From positions 434,001 through 498,000 of the forward strand of contig NW_026250416.1 in the NCBI RefSeq assembly GCF_024521635.1: DNA of 64,000 nt. Direction: 5' to 3'. This document shows positions 25,295 to 37,614 of the stretch, one piece after another (position 1 is the stretch's first letter; each line of letters opens with the position of its first letter). Position numbers and translations under genes: made by a program. This stretch comes from Tricharina praecox. Taxonomy: Eukaryota. The notes below the pieces were generated by a model. It ran no database searches and was not told the origin of the DNA. It was given only the letters and a program-made list of their open reading frames with translations.

Positions 25295-26471
25295 ATGTCG
25301 CACATTCTCCAAGCCTACACCCACGGTAAGTGCAAGCTCGAGCCACCTGCACCTACACTTCCGCGTAGCAACCAATCCCCCCACCAAAGTCCACCAGTCC
25401 ATACCGCAGATCGGGAAACTAACTAACATAATCCCACCAGCCCTCGACCTCCCCGGCCTATACACCAAACCCTCCTCGACCACGCTCCTCTCAATCCTAT
25501 CGCAATTCACCCTGCCCCCGCCATCATGGGACAAGCCCGCCACCACCAGCACCTCGCACGACGCCGCTCCCAGCGGCTTCGATAAATGGCTCGTGTCGGT
25601 GATCGCGTCGCCCCTGCACTGGCTGACCGAGGAAGAAGCCGAGGTCATCCGCGACTCCGCCGCGGGGCGGATCGCCGAGCGCTGCGGGCGCTCAGCGCGC
25701 GGGAGCATGCAGCGCGTTTTCCGCATTCCTCTGCCGGCGGCGGCGCAGACGCAGTACTCTTCCCTCGCGGGCTCGGGCGAGGACTCCCCCGGCTCGTCGG
25801 GCGTGAATACCCCAGCGTTGCAGGAAGAGGAGCGGGAACACGAGGGGCACGTCGAGATCACACTGCACGAGCCCGCGCTGACGGCCGATAACCTGGGGCT
25901 CAAGACGTGGGCGTCGTCGTACCTGCTGTCGAAGCGGCTGTGCGCACTGGGGCTCCCGGCGGCGGCGCGGGTGCTGGAGCTTGGCGCTGGCACGGGGCTG
26001 GTGGGGCTCGCGGCCGCCGCGACGCTCCCGAACGTCGAGGAGGTGCTCCTGACGGATCTGGTGGAGATCGTACCTAATCTGATGAGGAATATTGATGCGA
26101 ATAGAGGACGGTTGCCGCTGGGTGCCGAGGTGGGCGCTCGGGTGCTCGATTGGAGGGTTATCCCTAACCCGCTGCCGGGTGAACAGGAGAAGTTTGGGCT
26201 TGTGGTCGCGGCGGATCCGTTGTATTCGCCTGAGCATCCGGGGTTGTTGGTGGGCATGGTGGGGACGTGGCTGAAGCAGTGTGCAAGCGCCAGGGCGGTC
26301 GTCGAGATGCCGCTTAGGGAGGGATATCAGGCTGAGCGGGATGACTTTAAGGCGCGGATGTTAGCGCAGGGAATGAAGATTGTGGGCGAGGGGGTGGAGA
26401 CGGGGTGGGATGACTGGGGGGCCAAGGGGGGCGAGGTCCGGTGTTGGTGGAGTGTATGGACGTGGGCGTAG
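25295..26471 (+). CDS. SAM-dependent protein-lysine methyltransferase, Methyltransf_16 family (EFM2/Rrg1-like); 2 exons
   Basis: Exon 1 25295-25325 MSHILQAYTH, intron GTAAGT..CTAAC..CAG (25326-25440). Then ALDLPGLYTKPS, RIAERCGRSA, ITLHEPALTADNLGLKTWASSYLL, motif I VLELGAGTGLVGL, LTDL.EIVPNL..NI, LDW, and AADPLY (DxxY). Confidence 0.88.
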
Positions 26472-26880
26472 TGTGAAATGATACCCATAGACATACACAT
26501 AGATGATCGATCATAGACAGAGGTACTCTATAGACGGCTACATACTACATATAGATAAAGGCCACGAATCACGATGGTACGTTTCGCCCGCCCGCCCCTT
26601 GCCCCTGCCCTTGCCAATTGAAAAATGCAAAGTGTGGAGAAACGGCAAAACTCATTTGATCCCTGACAGCGATCCGGTCACCAAAATAAGGACGGGATCG
26701 GATCTGTTTCAACGTTCACGGTCGGGACGTCACACAAGATTAGGACGTTTCATCCCGTGAAGCGCATGAAGGCCTACGTACTCCACATACAACTCCCTTT
26801 CCAAACCTTGGGCGAGGACGGATAGAAAGCTGCAGGACAGTCACAGACTGCGGAGAATGGACTGAACGGGCATTACCGGG

Positions 26881-27245
26881 GACATATCGAGACCGACTGA
26901 CCTGCTACCTACCTAGAGTCTTTTCGGCTATTGTTCCGGAAAGACAGACGGGAAGGATTTGGCGACATACCGAAACACCGGGACAACGGAAAGGATTTAG
27001 CGACATCATATCGGGACCGAATGACCTGCTAGAGTCTTCTCGGCTCTTGTTCCGGAGATAAACGGGAAGGATTTGGCGACATATCCGGACCGAGACCGAC
27101 TGACCAGCTAGGGTCTTTTCCGGCTGCTGAGCCGTAGAGACACGGGAGGGATTTGGAGGCATACATATCGAGACCGACTGACCGACTAGAGTCTTCTCGG
27201 CTGTGTTCCGGAGACAAACGGGAAAGATTTGGCGATATACCGACT
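26881..27245. repeat. Degenerate minisatellite, about 4.5 copies of an ~80-bp unit
   Basis: Unit CATATCGAGACCGACTGACC..CTAGAGTCTTYTCGGCT..TGTTCCGGAGAYAAACGGGAAGGATTTGGCGA starts near 26883, 27007, 27080 and 27164, with a partial unit at ~26975-27005. Confidence 0.85.
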
Positions 27246-27527
27246 CCAGCCTCTTGGGAACTACTAGGACGAGATCTGTGATTGAACAACTACCCCCAAA
27301 GTACATACGGTACTGATTAGAAGAACAGAATTGATATCGGTACATGAGACGAACGAAAACAAATGAAAAGCAAACAAACAAAAACAACGAGAGAGATAGA
27401 GAGAGAGAGAAACCGAACGGAGACACACGTATCCATGCATCCATACAAGCCAAAAAACACACCTAGATGTTAAAGTACAGACGGGGAGGAAACAAGTCCC
27501 TCGCTGCCTGCAGTCCTCCATGCTACT

Positions 27528-27971
27528 CTACTCCCTCCCAACCCGGCTTCCATCTCCCTCTCTTCCTCTTGCCCCGTCACCCCCGACGCCCTCATCCATA
27601 TCCTCCGCATCCATCTCCCTCCTGCGCTTCTCCAGCATATCCTCACCAAGTCTCACGCGACCCTCTCTAATGGCGACCATTTCCTCAAAGCGCAGCGGCG
27701 AGTCGTTTGGATCAATCGTCATGAACCGCGTCATGACCGGGGAGCGGCTGAGCCTTTCGCTGCGAGAGGGGGGAGGCGACGGCGACGTGTCCGGTAGCTG
27801 CTGGTGCTGGTTGCTGTTGTGGATGTCGGAGGTCGTGGGTGCGGGTGAGGCGGGGCATAGGGACGTGGGTGACGCTGGGATGGAGATCCCGGAGTCGCGG
27901 TTGGGCTTGGGCTTGGGATTGGGCTTGGGGACGGATGCGTGGTTGGTTGAGTGCGGCGGTGGGGGGGACAT
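27528..27971 (-). CDS. Hypothetical 147-aa protein (Pro/Ser-rich N-terminus, charged C-terminus)
   Basis: ATG at 27971 opens MSPPPPHS..NRDSGISIP..RSPVMTRFMTIDPNDSPLRFEEMVAIREGRVRLGEDMLEKRRREMDAED. Protein-like composition, but no family recognised. Confidence 0.4.
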   Translation of the reverse strand: MSPPPPHSTNHASVPKPNPKPKPNRDSGISIPASPTSLCPASPAPTTSDIHNSNQHQQLPDTSPSPPPSRSERLSRSPVMTRFMTIDPNDSPLRFEEMVAIREGRVRLGEDMLEKRRREMDAEDMDEGVGGDGARGREGDGSRVGRE

Positions 27972-30900
27972 TGCGGTGCTGGTGATGGTGCTGCTGCAGG
28001 TGTTGCTGGTGCTGCAGGGTGGATACGAGTAGGAGAGTCGGTCACGGTGGAAGAGAGAGGTATATGGCGAGATCGAGGCGCTGGCTGGTTGGAACTTGGA
28101 AGACCAACTTGCTGGTGGGAAGACTGGCGGATTGGTGTATAAAACTGTCCACGACGGAGAAGGATAGCCACGAAGGAGAAGAATGGCCACGAAAACGAAG
28201 AAGATGGGTGGCCGCGAAAGAGGAGGAGGATGTCCGCGGGAATCTACCCAGGAAAATGGGCTGGAGGTTGGGCGAGGGATCGCACGCAGTGATGCCCGAA
28301 GTAAGCCGCAGCAGAAGAAGGAATATTGATGGATGGATAGGTTCTTTGCTTCCGGAGAGGAGTCTTGCTGAGCCAAGTAGTCGATGAGCCTGTCAATCAT
28401 GGGAAACACAAGACGATTTATACACCCTTTGCTATGTACAGAGTTGTGGTCAGATGGGGTATCTGATGGCCGCTGCATCGCACTGGGTGCTGGCATATGC
28501 TTTCTTCTTCCTCCCTTCCTCGTCCTCATCTTCCTCTTCCCCCTCCTCCTTCTCCTCTTCCTTCTCATCCTTCTCCGAAGCCTCTCGCTCCACGGTAGCC
28601 TCAACTCTAGCTCTGATCCGAGTATTTGTTTTTTACACGGGAAGCCGCAGCAAATGTACCGGTATCTCGACAAACTAGTGATGACTCTCTGACAGGACTG
28701 GGATCTAGGGGCGACGTATCCCGCTGCTTCTGGCGCGGGACCCATACCCATATGCAAGCAAGGCCACCCGTCTGCTTTTGCTCGTCTTCCTTCCTTCCTG
28801 CTCTACCAGCATTGCCAGAGAAGCACTTCCCCCCCCCTCATTAGCCTACAGCGCCTGTCTGACGACACCCCCTCACGGCCCCCGAAACACGCGGCAAAGA
28901 GCAGAAAGCAGAAAGCAATCGAGGCCGAATACGGAGCTCAGGGCCAGCAGCGGAAGCCGGTAATGCAATGCACCAGCCGGCGCCATGTGGCCCATGCCGA
29001 GGCTGATACCTACACGCGGAACCCTAGGTAAGGCTCACTTCCCAGCCGGTTCGCATTTGGTATCGGCCCCGGCGTATGTACCGTGGCGTTTCACTTGCAT
29101 GTACCATCATCCGCAGCCTGGCACCGTTTGCCCATTGATACATACTTTTCGCGGGAAGGGTACGCGCGGATAGCTAGCCTCCGGCGCTCAGCAGGCGGGT
29201 GAGGGGGGGTGAGAGGAGATAATCGAGGGCCAATTTCCGTCCGGTCAGACTGGGGGGAGGGGTGGGAGGGTCATCTGATGGGATGGGCCACTGCGCCGTG
29301 CACGGATAGATTTCTGGGTAGCGGGCAATCTTCAGCTTTGTCGACGCTTTGGGTGCGGGGTTGACTAGATACTGACTATGGTATGTACCCAAGGATCTTG
29401 CTATGGATGCAGCCAGCCACCTCAATCCTCCGGTCTCCCATGAACACGGTACACATGTACTCTTCAGTACTGGAGCATGCTGGTGCCATCGACTCGACTC
29501 GATTCCAGCGTACCCACCGTCGCCATCGCGCACTGCGCATTGCATCGCATGCGGCATCCCACGCAGGCTCTGCCGCTGTGCGATATGTCCTCCGATGCAG
29601 GTCTTCGAGCCCGTACAGAGCCAGCCATCGGGTATTTCCCCGCCGTGCGATGGTATACCACGGTACCCTTGCCCAGGGCCGGTGAAGTGCCCGCTGCTGC
29701 ACCGACATGGCAGTTTCTTCGGGACGGACGAACGAGCATGCATGCTGTGTGTGTAAATACTAGGTTCAGTTACCAGGCAACTCCCTTGGAACTAAATACA
29801 GTGTACGCAGGGATGCGATGCGAGGCGGGTACCTACTCGCAAATAGGGTTCACAGCGTCTATGCATCTCCCCGGCCATAAACTTCCCTCTACGGCGTCTT
29901 ACTCCTAAGCTCCGCCCCACACTTGGCATTCCAGAAGCTTTCCTAACCAGTCAGTGCTCATGTGTCCATAGCTGCCATAGCTACAGTGAGACCAACATCA
30001 GACGGGATGTTGCGGTAAACACCTAATCTTAAAGCTGACATGTTCTCGCATCACCCTCGCGCCCGCGCACAACGATCACCACCACCACTACCTCCACGAG
30101 CAACAAAGCAGAATAACAACAACAATTCAACAACATTTCCGTCGCGGCTTCCTCGCTCGGGGAGCGAAAATATCTGGGGCTGTTCTTCCTGTTGCGCACG
30201 CACACTCACACGCACACACATACCATGCACTTGACGTTCAGCCAATCAGAGATTGCTCTCCGTCCGGCCCGGACATTCGATGCATGCAATGCGCTTGCAT
30301 ATTGCGCCGTGACAATCTGGGCCGATTCTCGATGACTGGTCGAGTCAACCAACCCCCCGGCGGGGTAACCATAATCTACAATTGCTGAGCGCTGGTTCCC
30401 GTCTTCGCATGGAGAATTTGTTGGTCACGGGAGCTGCGGAAAGGATATGGATATGGATACACATGTAAATGTCTCACGCCTCCATGCGCAACCAGCCTTA
30501 TGTGGTTGACGATGTTGGTACCTACTACATAGTTTTGCACTCTGCTTAGTTGTGCCTTCGACGACGGTTCGCCAGATTTGTTGCTCCCGGGGCTTTTCGC
30601 CGAGCAGTTATCAGATTTCGTCGAAATGAGGTTGGTTAACAGCACGAACGATCTGTTATCGGGTATAGCGTGACTCGTGGGGCTCGCATCACCGATCACT
30701 GGCAGGCCTGGCACAATAACATGGGCAACTATGGAAATACCAGGGAAAGTTTTGACGAGAGGTCTTACGGGAAAAGGCTACATTGGAGAGTTCCAGGCGG
30801 CCTTTAACCACTAACTAGTAGCTTTGAACCAGACCATAACCTCTTACCTACAAAGGTCAGAGCTCAAAACCCAGAACGGTTGGAAAGTTGGGGATGCCCA

Positions 30901-32475
30901 GAGTATTCTACATAGAAGTGCAAAAACCGTGGCATTGAGTTTGAGTTTGACAGGGCAAGACTCAGTCGAATGTATCACATGTACGTACTTGCGTATGTGC
31001 ATACTCCTGTAGGTACTCCGGTGGCGTGACTCCACCATACTCATGCCGTGCATACGCCACGGCGGACATAATTTACTTTTTTTTATGTTTTACAAACGTA
31101 CGATACGTAGAGTAGAGTGCGACTCTGGATTTGTATTTGTGGCCCAAGCACTTGGTTAACACTGCAGCGATATATGATATTCTACATAGCTATGATTTTG
31201 GACACGGCTCGGTTATCGGATACCCTCCGAGGCTGTGATGGCTACCAAACAAGATAGAGACTACTACTGGGACTAATGGGTGCTACTGGGTACTGCTGGG
31301 CCGGTTTCGGTGCGTGCTGCCGGAGTTTCAGCTGGCTTTGCGATTGATAGATAGATACATACGGTACTATAGGTACCTCCCTCCTCACCTGAAGGACTGA
31401 AGTTCTAGCTAACCAGAGCATTCACCGGTAACCGGGCAGACGGCTGGGCCTACATATTGACCAACCACTAGCGGCCAGCCCGCTCAACCAGCCGCTGACT
31501 GGTCCTGCCTGCCGAACGACACTGGCTAACCAGACCGGGTCTGTAGTAACTATCTTGCTCTCGCGGTATGTAGAGTACAGTCCGAAACAGCAAAGCTCTA
31601 CAAAGTTCAAACTGGCCGGCTCGAATAGGTAGTGGGCGGCCTGATGGGGCGGGCCCTGTTGACGGCCTGTTGGCCAACCAGCCCGGCTGGAAAGCTCGTA
31701 GGCACCACTGCACCAGCGAAGCACGAGCACCAGGAAAGCACGAGAACGAGGTCGAGGCCCGTGTATACCTCTCACCTCCCACTGCCCAGCGGCTGGGTAC
31801 TCTGGTTAGCCGCCCCAAAAGCTACCTACTAGATATCGTGCCTCCCGTCCTAAGTTTCGGCGATGGGACCAAGTGCAACCAGCCAGCAACTTTGGGTTCC
31901 AGGGACCAGGGCAGACAGAGGGGGAGCACGAGCGAGGCCGGGGCCTCGTTGGGAGGGGAGGGGAGAGGAGAGAGCATGCACACATGCATGGCATGGGTAC
32001 TCTACATGACTACCACCAGGCAGGTCGATGGTTCAGCTGCACACACGGACTCATGGTTCCCAGGCTCTCTTCTTGCTTCTTCCTTCCTTCTTTCCCGCTG
32101 CGTATCGTTGGTTAGCTTTGGTTTTTGGTTTTTTGGTTTTTCTTTTCTTCTGGTTTGGTTTCTTTCCTTTTGTTTCCTTTTGCTTGCTTTGCTTTGTTTT
32201 GTTTTGTTTTGTTTTCTTCGTTCCGCTTCGTCTGATTCCTGAAAGGAAGGAAGATGCCCGCTACCTCCTAGTATGTACATATCTAGTTACGACCAACGTT
32301 TATCTGTGTGTCTACACCACCTACTCTACATATGGCCTAAGGTAGTCGAGACATCTTGACACATCGGAGAATATCTCCGCGGTTGCGGGGGAGGTAGGAG
32401 GTAAGAGGTAGGAGGGGAGGGGCCCGGCTTCACTGGTGGGTGACTAGACGGTCGGACGTTTTGCGTAAGTGCTCC

Positions 32476-32572
32476 GTGTCCAGTGTCCAGTCCGACCGTC
32501 TAGTTGTCTAGTCCGACCGTCTAGGTAGTTGTCCAGTCCGACCATCCAGCGTCCAGTGTCAAGTGTCCAGTG
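32476..32572. repeat. Short degenerate tandem repeat (~20-24-bp unit GTCYAGTCCGACCRTCYAG)
   Basis: Three copies of AGTCCGACC(G/A)TC(T/C)AG flanked by GTGTCCA repeats. Confidence 0.6.
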
Positions 32573-35500
32573 AAGAGCAGCCGGCCTGTCGTCCGCACTG
32601 GCGGCGGCGGAGGCCCTGCCCTTGCCCTTGCCCTGCCCTGCCACTGTCTATCGATCCGAGTATTTGTTACGAGAGAGCTCTGGCATACATAGGGAGGGAA
32701 CATCTCTACTCTACTCTCGTTTGAGCACAATCGGCCGCAGCATCCAGGGTCCCGCCCAAACTGGATTAGGGTCGATACCCTCCCATCTCGGTGCTCGTGC
32801 TCGGTGCTTGCTCGGTGCTTGCTCGCGTGGTCTGCTCCGAGACATAGTAGTGATTGCCTAGACTGCCTAGACTTCTTTTGGGATTACATACATACCACAT
32901 TGCTACCGTGTGTGTGTACAGCCGCACTTGGAACATCACCCGGTCAGCCTCCCTCGCAGAGTTGCAAAGTCGCAGCAAGCAGCCGACCCGGGGTCCGGGC
33001 CCGGGCCGTGATGTGTAGAAGCGATTTGACTCTCGACTGCTCCGGCTAGAATGAGCGGCCGCCTCTGCCGCGGCCGCGTTTCTCAGGTCATGTTCTGTCC
33101 TTTCCTGTCCTGTGGCACTTTCAAGTCGGTTGGTGCTGGCACTCGGGGGTTGTGATACGGATACCTACTACTAAGTGGTAGTTACAACGCAACGCAACGG
33201 ACTCGAAGATTTGGAGAGATCATCTAGGTACTTAGGTACTTGGTTCTTGGGAAGTTGGGAAGTTGGAACCCCCCTGCCCTGCTGCGTCGCTGCGCGCATG
33301 TACGGTACGGTACGCGGGAAGTCAGGATTCATACTGGCAGTTGTGTACTTGGTGCCGGAGGCTGAAGCCCAATTCCACTCGCAAATTCTCATGACTTTGG
33401 CCCATGTAGAGTACTTCGGTAGTATAATAGCTGATATTGTTGGCATCGTCTCTATCCTGCCAGAAATCAGCACACTCCGATTTCCCGATCTCCACGATCC
33501 ATACCTCCATAGTACTATCCGTATTATCCATACATACGAGGGATCATGCAAGGGACAGCAAGAGCAGGCGAAGAAAAGCAACGTAGAGTACTCTATTAAT
33601 TTGATTTGCACAAGACCTTCCACATTGAACATTGAAGCCGTAGGTAAAGCATCTGTGGCCCTGTGGGACACGGGCAGTTATGCATAACGGCACAGCTTGT
33701 CGATTTGTTGGTCCGTGCTCTATTCGATCAGGATCCCCCTACATACATACATACCTATCCAAGAGGCCGGGGAGAGGGCGATAGTAGGTGGGTGATATAT
33801 ACCCCCCCTGGGCCCCGACCCCCGACCTCGACCTCCGACACCAATCGTCCAATTCCGCGGTGCGGTTATTATTACTGCTATTGCCTATTGCATGGTCCCT
33901 TGTTTTTCTTGCTCGTTAACTACCCAGTAGAGTAGGTACTCCAGATAGGGCCGACGAACGAACGAAAGGGCAGGAGGATGAGTTTGCGTCTGAGCCTTGA
34001 GGGAGACTCGAGAGAAGCACAGGGGTCACTGGGGTTGGTTGGGAACTTGGGCTGGGTGTGATTCGTGGTGACGGAACGGAAGTTGGAAGTTGGAACAGGG
34101 CCATTTGTGATGGATCATGTGGTGTCGGTAGGTTGCGACGGGGCACGACTCGACTCGACGGGGCGGTGGGCGGATTGTATGGTACCCTCACGATATATTA
34201 CCTGGTTACCGTATCTGGGTGCATACAGTAGTCAATCAACATCCCTCGCGGCAAACAAGATTGATCCTTTTCCGCTTTTCCGCTTCCCAAGCGCAACCGC
34301 AACCGCAACCGCAGTAGCGAATTAGAATTGTATTGGCCCTACTGACACGGCGCCTGTCCAAGCATTGTGGATGGGGGCGGCGGCGCGGGGGCGGCGCGGG
34401 ACGTGGCGGAAAGGAAAGGCTTGAAAGGAAACTATCCAGTTGATCATTTTTTGTCCGGTCTGGTTCGATGCCTGATGGGTCGCATATGACACCACCACCA
34501 CCACGGACCACTGGCCACTCAGCTCAGCTGGCTGGCTGGCTGGCGAACGAGTCGCGGGAATTCGAACCGTGCGCGGCGTTCTGGGTTTTGAGTGTGGGTG
34601 GACAGTGTGGGTGGGTGTCTTGTTGGACGCGACGCGAGATAAACAGTTGCAAGTTGCAAGTTGCAACATCTCAGCCCCCAATCTAGTAGTTATGCCCATT
34701 GGCCATGATGGTCGGACGAACCAGGCCCATACTTCTACATGTGATACATAAAGGCTTATTTTGAAGAGGAAGGTCAGTATGTACATAATCTGGTTCCGCT
34801 GCGAGTGCGATCATGTGCGCAGAAAGGAGAATGCCAGCAGCCAGCAACCAGCTCAGCCCAGCTGTGAAACCGGATGAACCTGGTTTCTTCTCTCTAGGTA
34901 GAGTAAACGTTGTGAGCTCATTTTTTTGCGTTCATTTTTCTTTCTTTTTCTTGTCTTTCTTTCTCGGACGTTTTGAGGAAGCCCGCCGCCCGCCAATCAA
35001 ATCAACAACTAATCATCGCGCTGGAACGCTGAGTGAGGAAGGGACTATTAGTTATGACGGCAGTAGCCGTGTCAAAGCCTTTACTAGAGCATATGTCAAG
35101 AGACCTTTGGTGCCAGATGCACAGGGAGCGGAAGGCCATGTGGATCAGGTACTTGCCTACAAACTGATTAGTTGCCTACATACTCGGAATCTCGGATATA
35201 CAGCGAAATTGGAAAGAGTCCATCTCCTCCTCCTCCTGCTCCTGAGTCCTGACCGAATTAACTACTGTTCAATCAAAATTCCACACAGCCAGAGGGAGGC
35301 GTTCACACTGGGCGTTCACATTGGCATTCACATTAGAGTATTGGCGTTCGCATTGGCATTCCCCTCCTCACCCGGCCGGTTACGGTACGCGCACACTTGT
35401 GTCTGGATCCATCGTGCCAGTACTCTACGCAACCATCCATCGTTAGCGGTGGATTGCACACATCCACAAATCTGGGGGCGGAATAAACGAGTTTCAATCG

Positions 35501-36574
35501 TTTGATCCGGCTAACTGCTTGTGGCGGCTGCACGCCTACACATCTACGCCATATTTTTTTCCGGAGGAAAAATGCAGGCATGCGATGCGGAATTTTGAAA
35601 CTGAGGTTTTGTGTATGTGTGTACGGAAGAATCCCGAATCGCCGGTGGGAATCTAGAGGATCCATCTATGTAACGTGTAGGCAGCGTGGGAGGTCTGCGT
35701 AGGTCGGTACCATGTAACTTCACTTCACCGGACACACCGCACCGCACCGCAGGCACGCTGCTTGCTCGCTCGCTGGCTCGTTCGTTCGCTCGCTTCTCCC
35801 GCCCACCGGTACCGAGCGCGTTGCCGGGAACTCTAATGCAAATCGATGATGGCCATGTTCCCAGCAGCAGCAGCCTAAAGTACTCTACCATATGTAACTA
35901 ACCACCAGACTCCGCTTTGCCGCGAGCCTGCTGGATGCCTGGCTTTGGTCCATCAAATCCGCCACAAAACACATCCCATCCCACTTCAGGGTTTGTTCCA
36001 GCCCAACCACTTTCCCCCCCTCGCCCCTCGGTTCGGGGAGAAAGAAAGAAAGAAAGAAAGAAAGAAAAGAGAGTAAGAAAGAAAGAAAGAAAGCAGAAAG
36101 AAAGAAGAAAAAGAAAAGGAAAAAATAAGAGGACCAAGCAGCGATGCCACTCTCTTTGCACTGCGAAGTTGGGGCTGCTGGTGGTGGTGGTCGACTCGAC
36201 GGTGTTGTTGGAGGGACCTATCCTGGCTGTTTCCCACGAACCACAATTCTCCTTTCCATGGTAGCGGGAAGTCTGGGGACTGCTCGCGTCAGTCTCTCTC
36301 ACCGCCTGATCCTCACCTAGACTTTCTTCTACCTACCTCCCTCTCTACCTCTCTTACTCCCTCCCTCCCTCTCTCTCACTTTTCTTCTTCCCTTCTCCTC
36401 TCTTGCTTACCAATACACACGGAGAAGACTAGGAGAAGAACGAGGATCCCGATATCTTGGTTGCTATTGTCTTTGCCGTCGTCTCGCCGTCGTCGGGCCT
36501 GCGTAGGTTTGGATTTGGATCGCCGTTTCACCTCTTTGCTTTTCACTCTCTCCCTTTGAGTGGAGCGAGCGAGG

Positions 36575-36654
36575 GGAAGGAAGGAAGGAAGGAAGGAAGG
36601 AAGGAAGGAAGGAAGGACGGAAGGAAGGAAGGAAGGAAGGACGGAAGGAAGGAC
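36575..36654 (+). repeat. (GGAA)n microsatellite directly upstream of the ATG at 36658
   Basis: Interrupted GGAA/GGAC run seen directly. Confidence 0.9.
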
Positions 36655-36657
36655 AGG

Positions 36658-37614
36658 ATGAACCACCTCAACCACTCTGCCGCCGCCGCGCGGAATCAAG
36701 AGGACGAGGAAAGGGAATGGCGGGAGAAGGAGGACACTGAGTCGATAACATCGGACGACGAAATGTGGGCGCCGCTCCTGTCGGAGTTGCACCCTCCTCT
36801 CGCAATCGATGCCGAACTGTTTCGTCGCCGAGCGCATCACCACCACCACGCCGCCCGGACCACGACGACGACAACGTCGAGCGATTCCAACAACAGCACC
36901 AACAACAACACCAATACCGAATCGCAATTACCTCAAAGAGGCGACGAAACCAAACGGAAACCTGCCGTTGAAACATTGCTGTCGGAAACACCATACGAAA
37001 GCAAGCATCTCGATCGGTCATTCGGAAGTGTTTACCAACCACCACCAATAGCACCATCAACACCAATAACACCACCAGTACCACCACCAGTACCACCACC
37101 AGTACCACCACCGGTCCTCGAACACCCACCACTCGTTCTTCCCGTAACCGTTGACTTCGTCGCCGACGAATTGGCAGTCGACGAAGATGACGAAGCGGAC
37201 GGAGAAATCTCCATCCTGACGTTGTCATTCCGCCGGTCAGGCTCGACTCAGCGTCACTCCACCGTGAACTACCACTCGAACACGCAATCTGGGCGCATAT
37301 TCCGCCAACCACGATTACGACGAGTGACGTCGCGGCGATTAGCAGAGGAGGACGCTGCAAAATGTGGCAGCAGCGGCGACGCCGGCGCGGAGTTCGTTTC
37401 GACGCGGCACAAACGAGATCGTGATCGCATCCACAAGAGTTCGAGACGGAAAAAACGCCCGCGCAGGGAAATGCTGTCGGGCGGCCCCAACTCGTTCAAC
37501 AAACAATCACCGCAGTTACCGAGCATTCTCGAGGACGATGATGGGTGCTCGATGGATTGGACGGAGAAGGAGGATCTGTGCCCCGAAGTGCTGGTCGAGA
37601 AGTCCGGCTGTTAG
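36658..37614 (+). CDS. Hypothetical low-complexity protein (~318 aa)
   Basis: MNHLNHSAAAARNQEDEEREWREKEDTESITSDDEMWAPLL.., His/Thr/Asn runs, (PPVP)n, and basic RRKKRPRR. Long uninterrupted ORF but no recognisable domain. Confidence 0.4.
   Translation: MNHLNHSAAAARNQEDEEREWREKEDTESITSDDEMWAPLLSELHPPLAIDAELFRRRAHHHHHAARTTTTTTSSDSNNSTNNNTNTESQLPQRGDETKRKPAVETLLSETPYESKHLDRSFGSVYQPPPIAPSTPITPPVPPPVPPPVPPPVLEHPPLVLPVTVDFVADELAVDEDDEADGEISILTLSFRRSGSTQRHSTVNYHSNTQSGRIFRQPRLRRVTSRRLAEEDAAKCGSSGDAGAEFVSTRHKRDRDRIHKSSRRKKRPRREMLSGGPNSFNKQSPQLPSILEDDDGCSMDWTEKEDLCPEVLVEKSGC

Noticed and set aside
26881..27245. CRISPR-like array
   Set aside because: Whole units are homologous with no unique spacers, there are no cas genes, and the context is eukaryotic.
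27972..28757. 409-aa extension of the 27528 ORF
   Set aside because: The upstream part is low-complexity and not protein-like; only the ATG-27971 portion is kept, at low confidence.
31413..31700. Second possible hAT MITE (CAGAGC.. / ..AAGCTC, CCGG/CCAG-rich interior)
   Set aside because: TIR match is poor and no 8-bp TSD was found.
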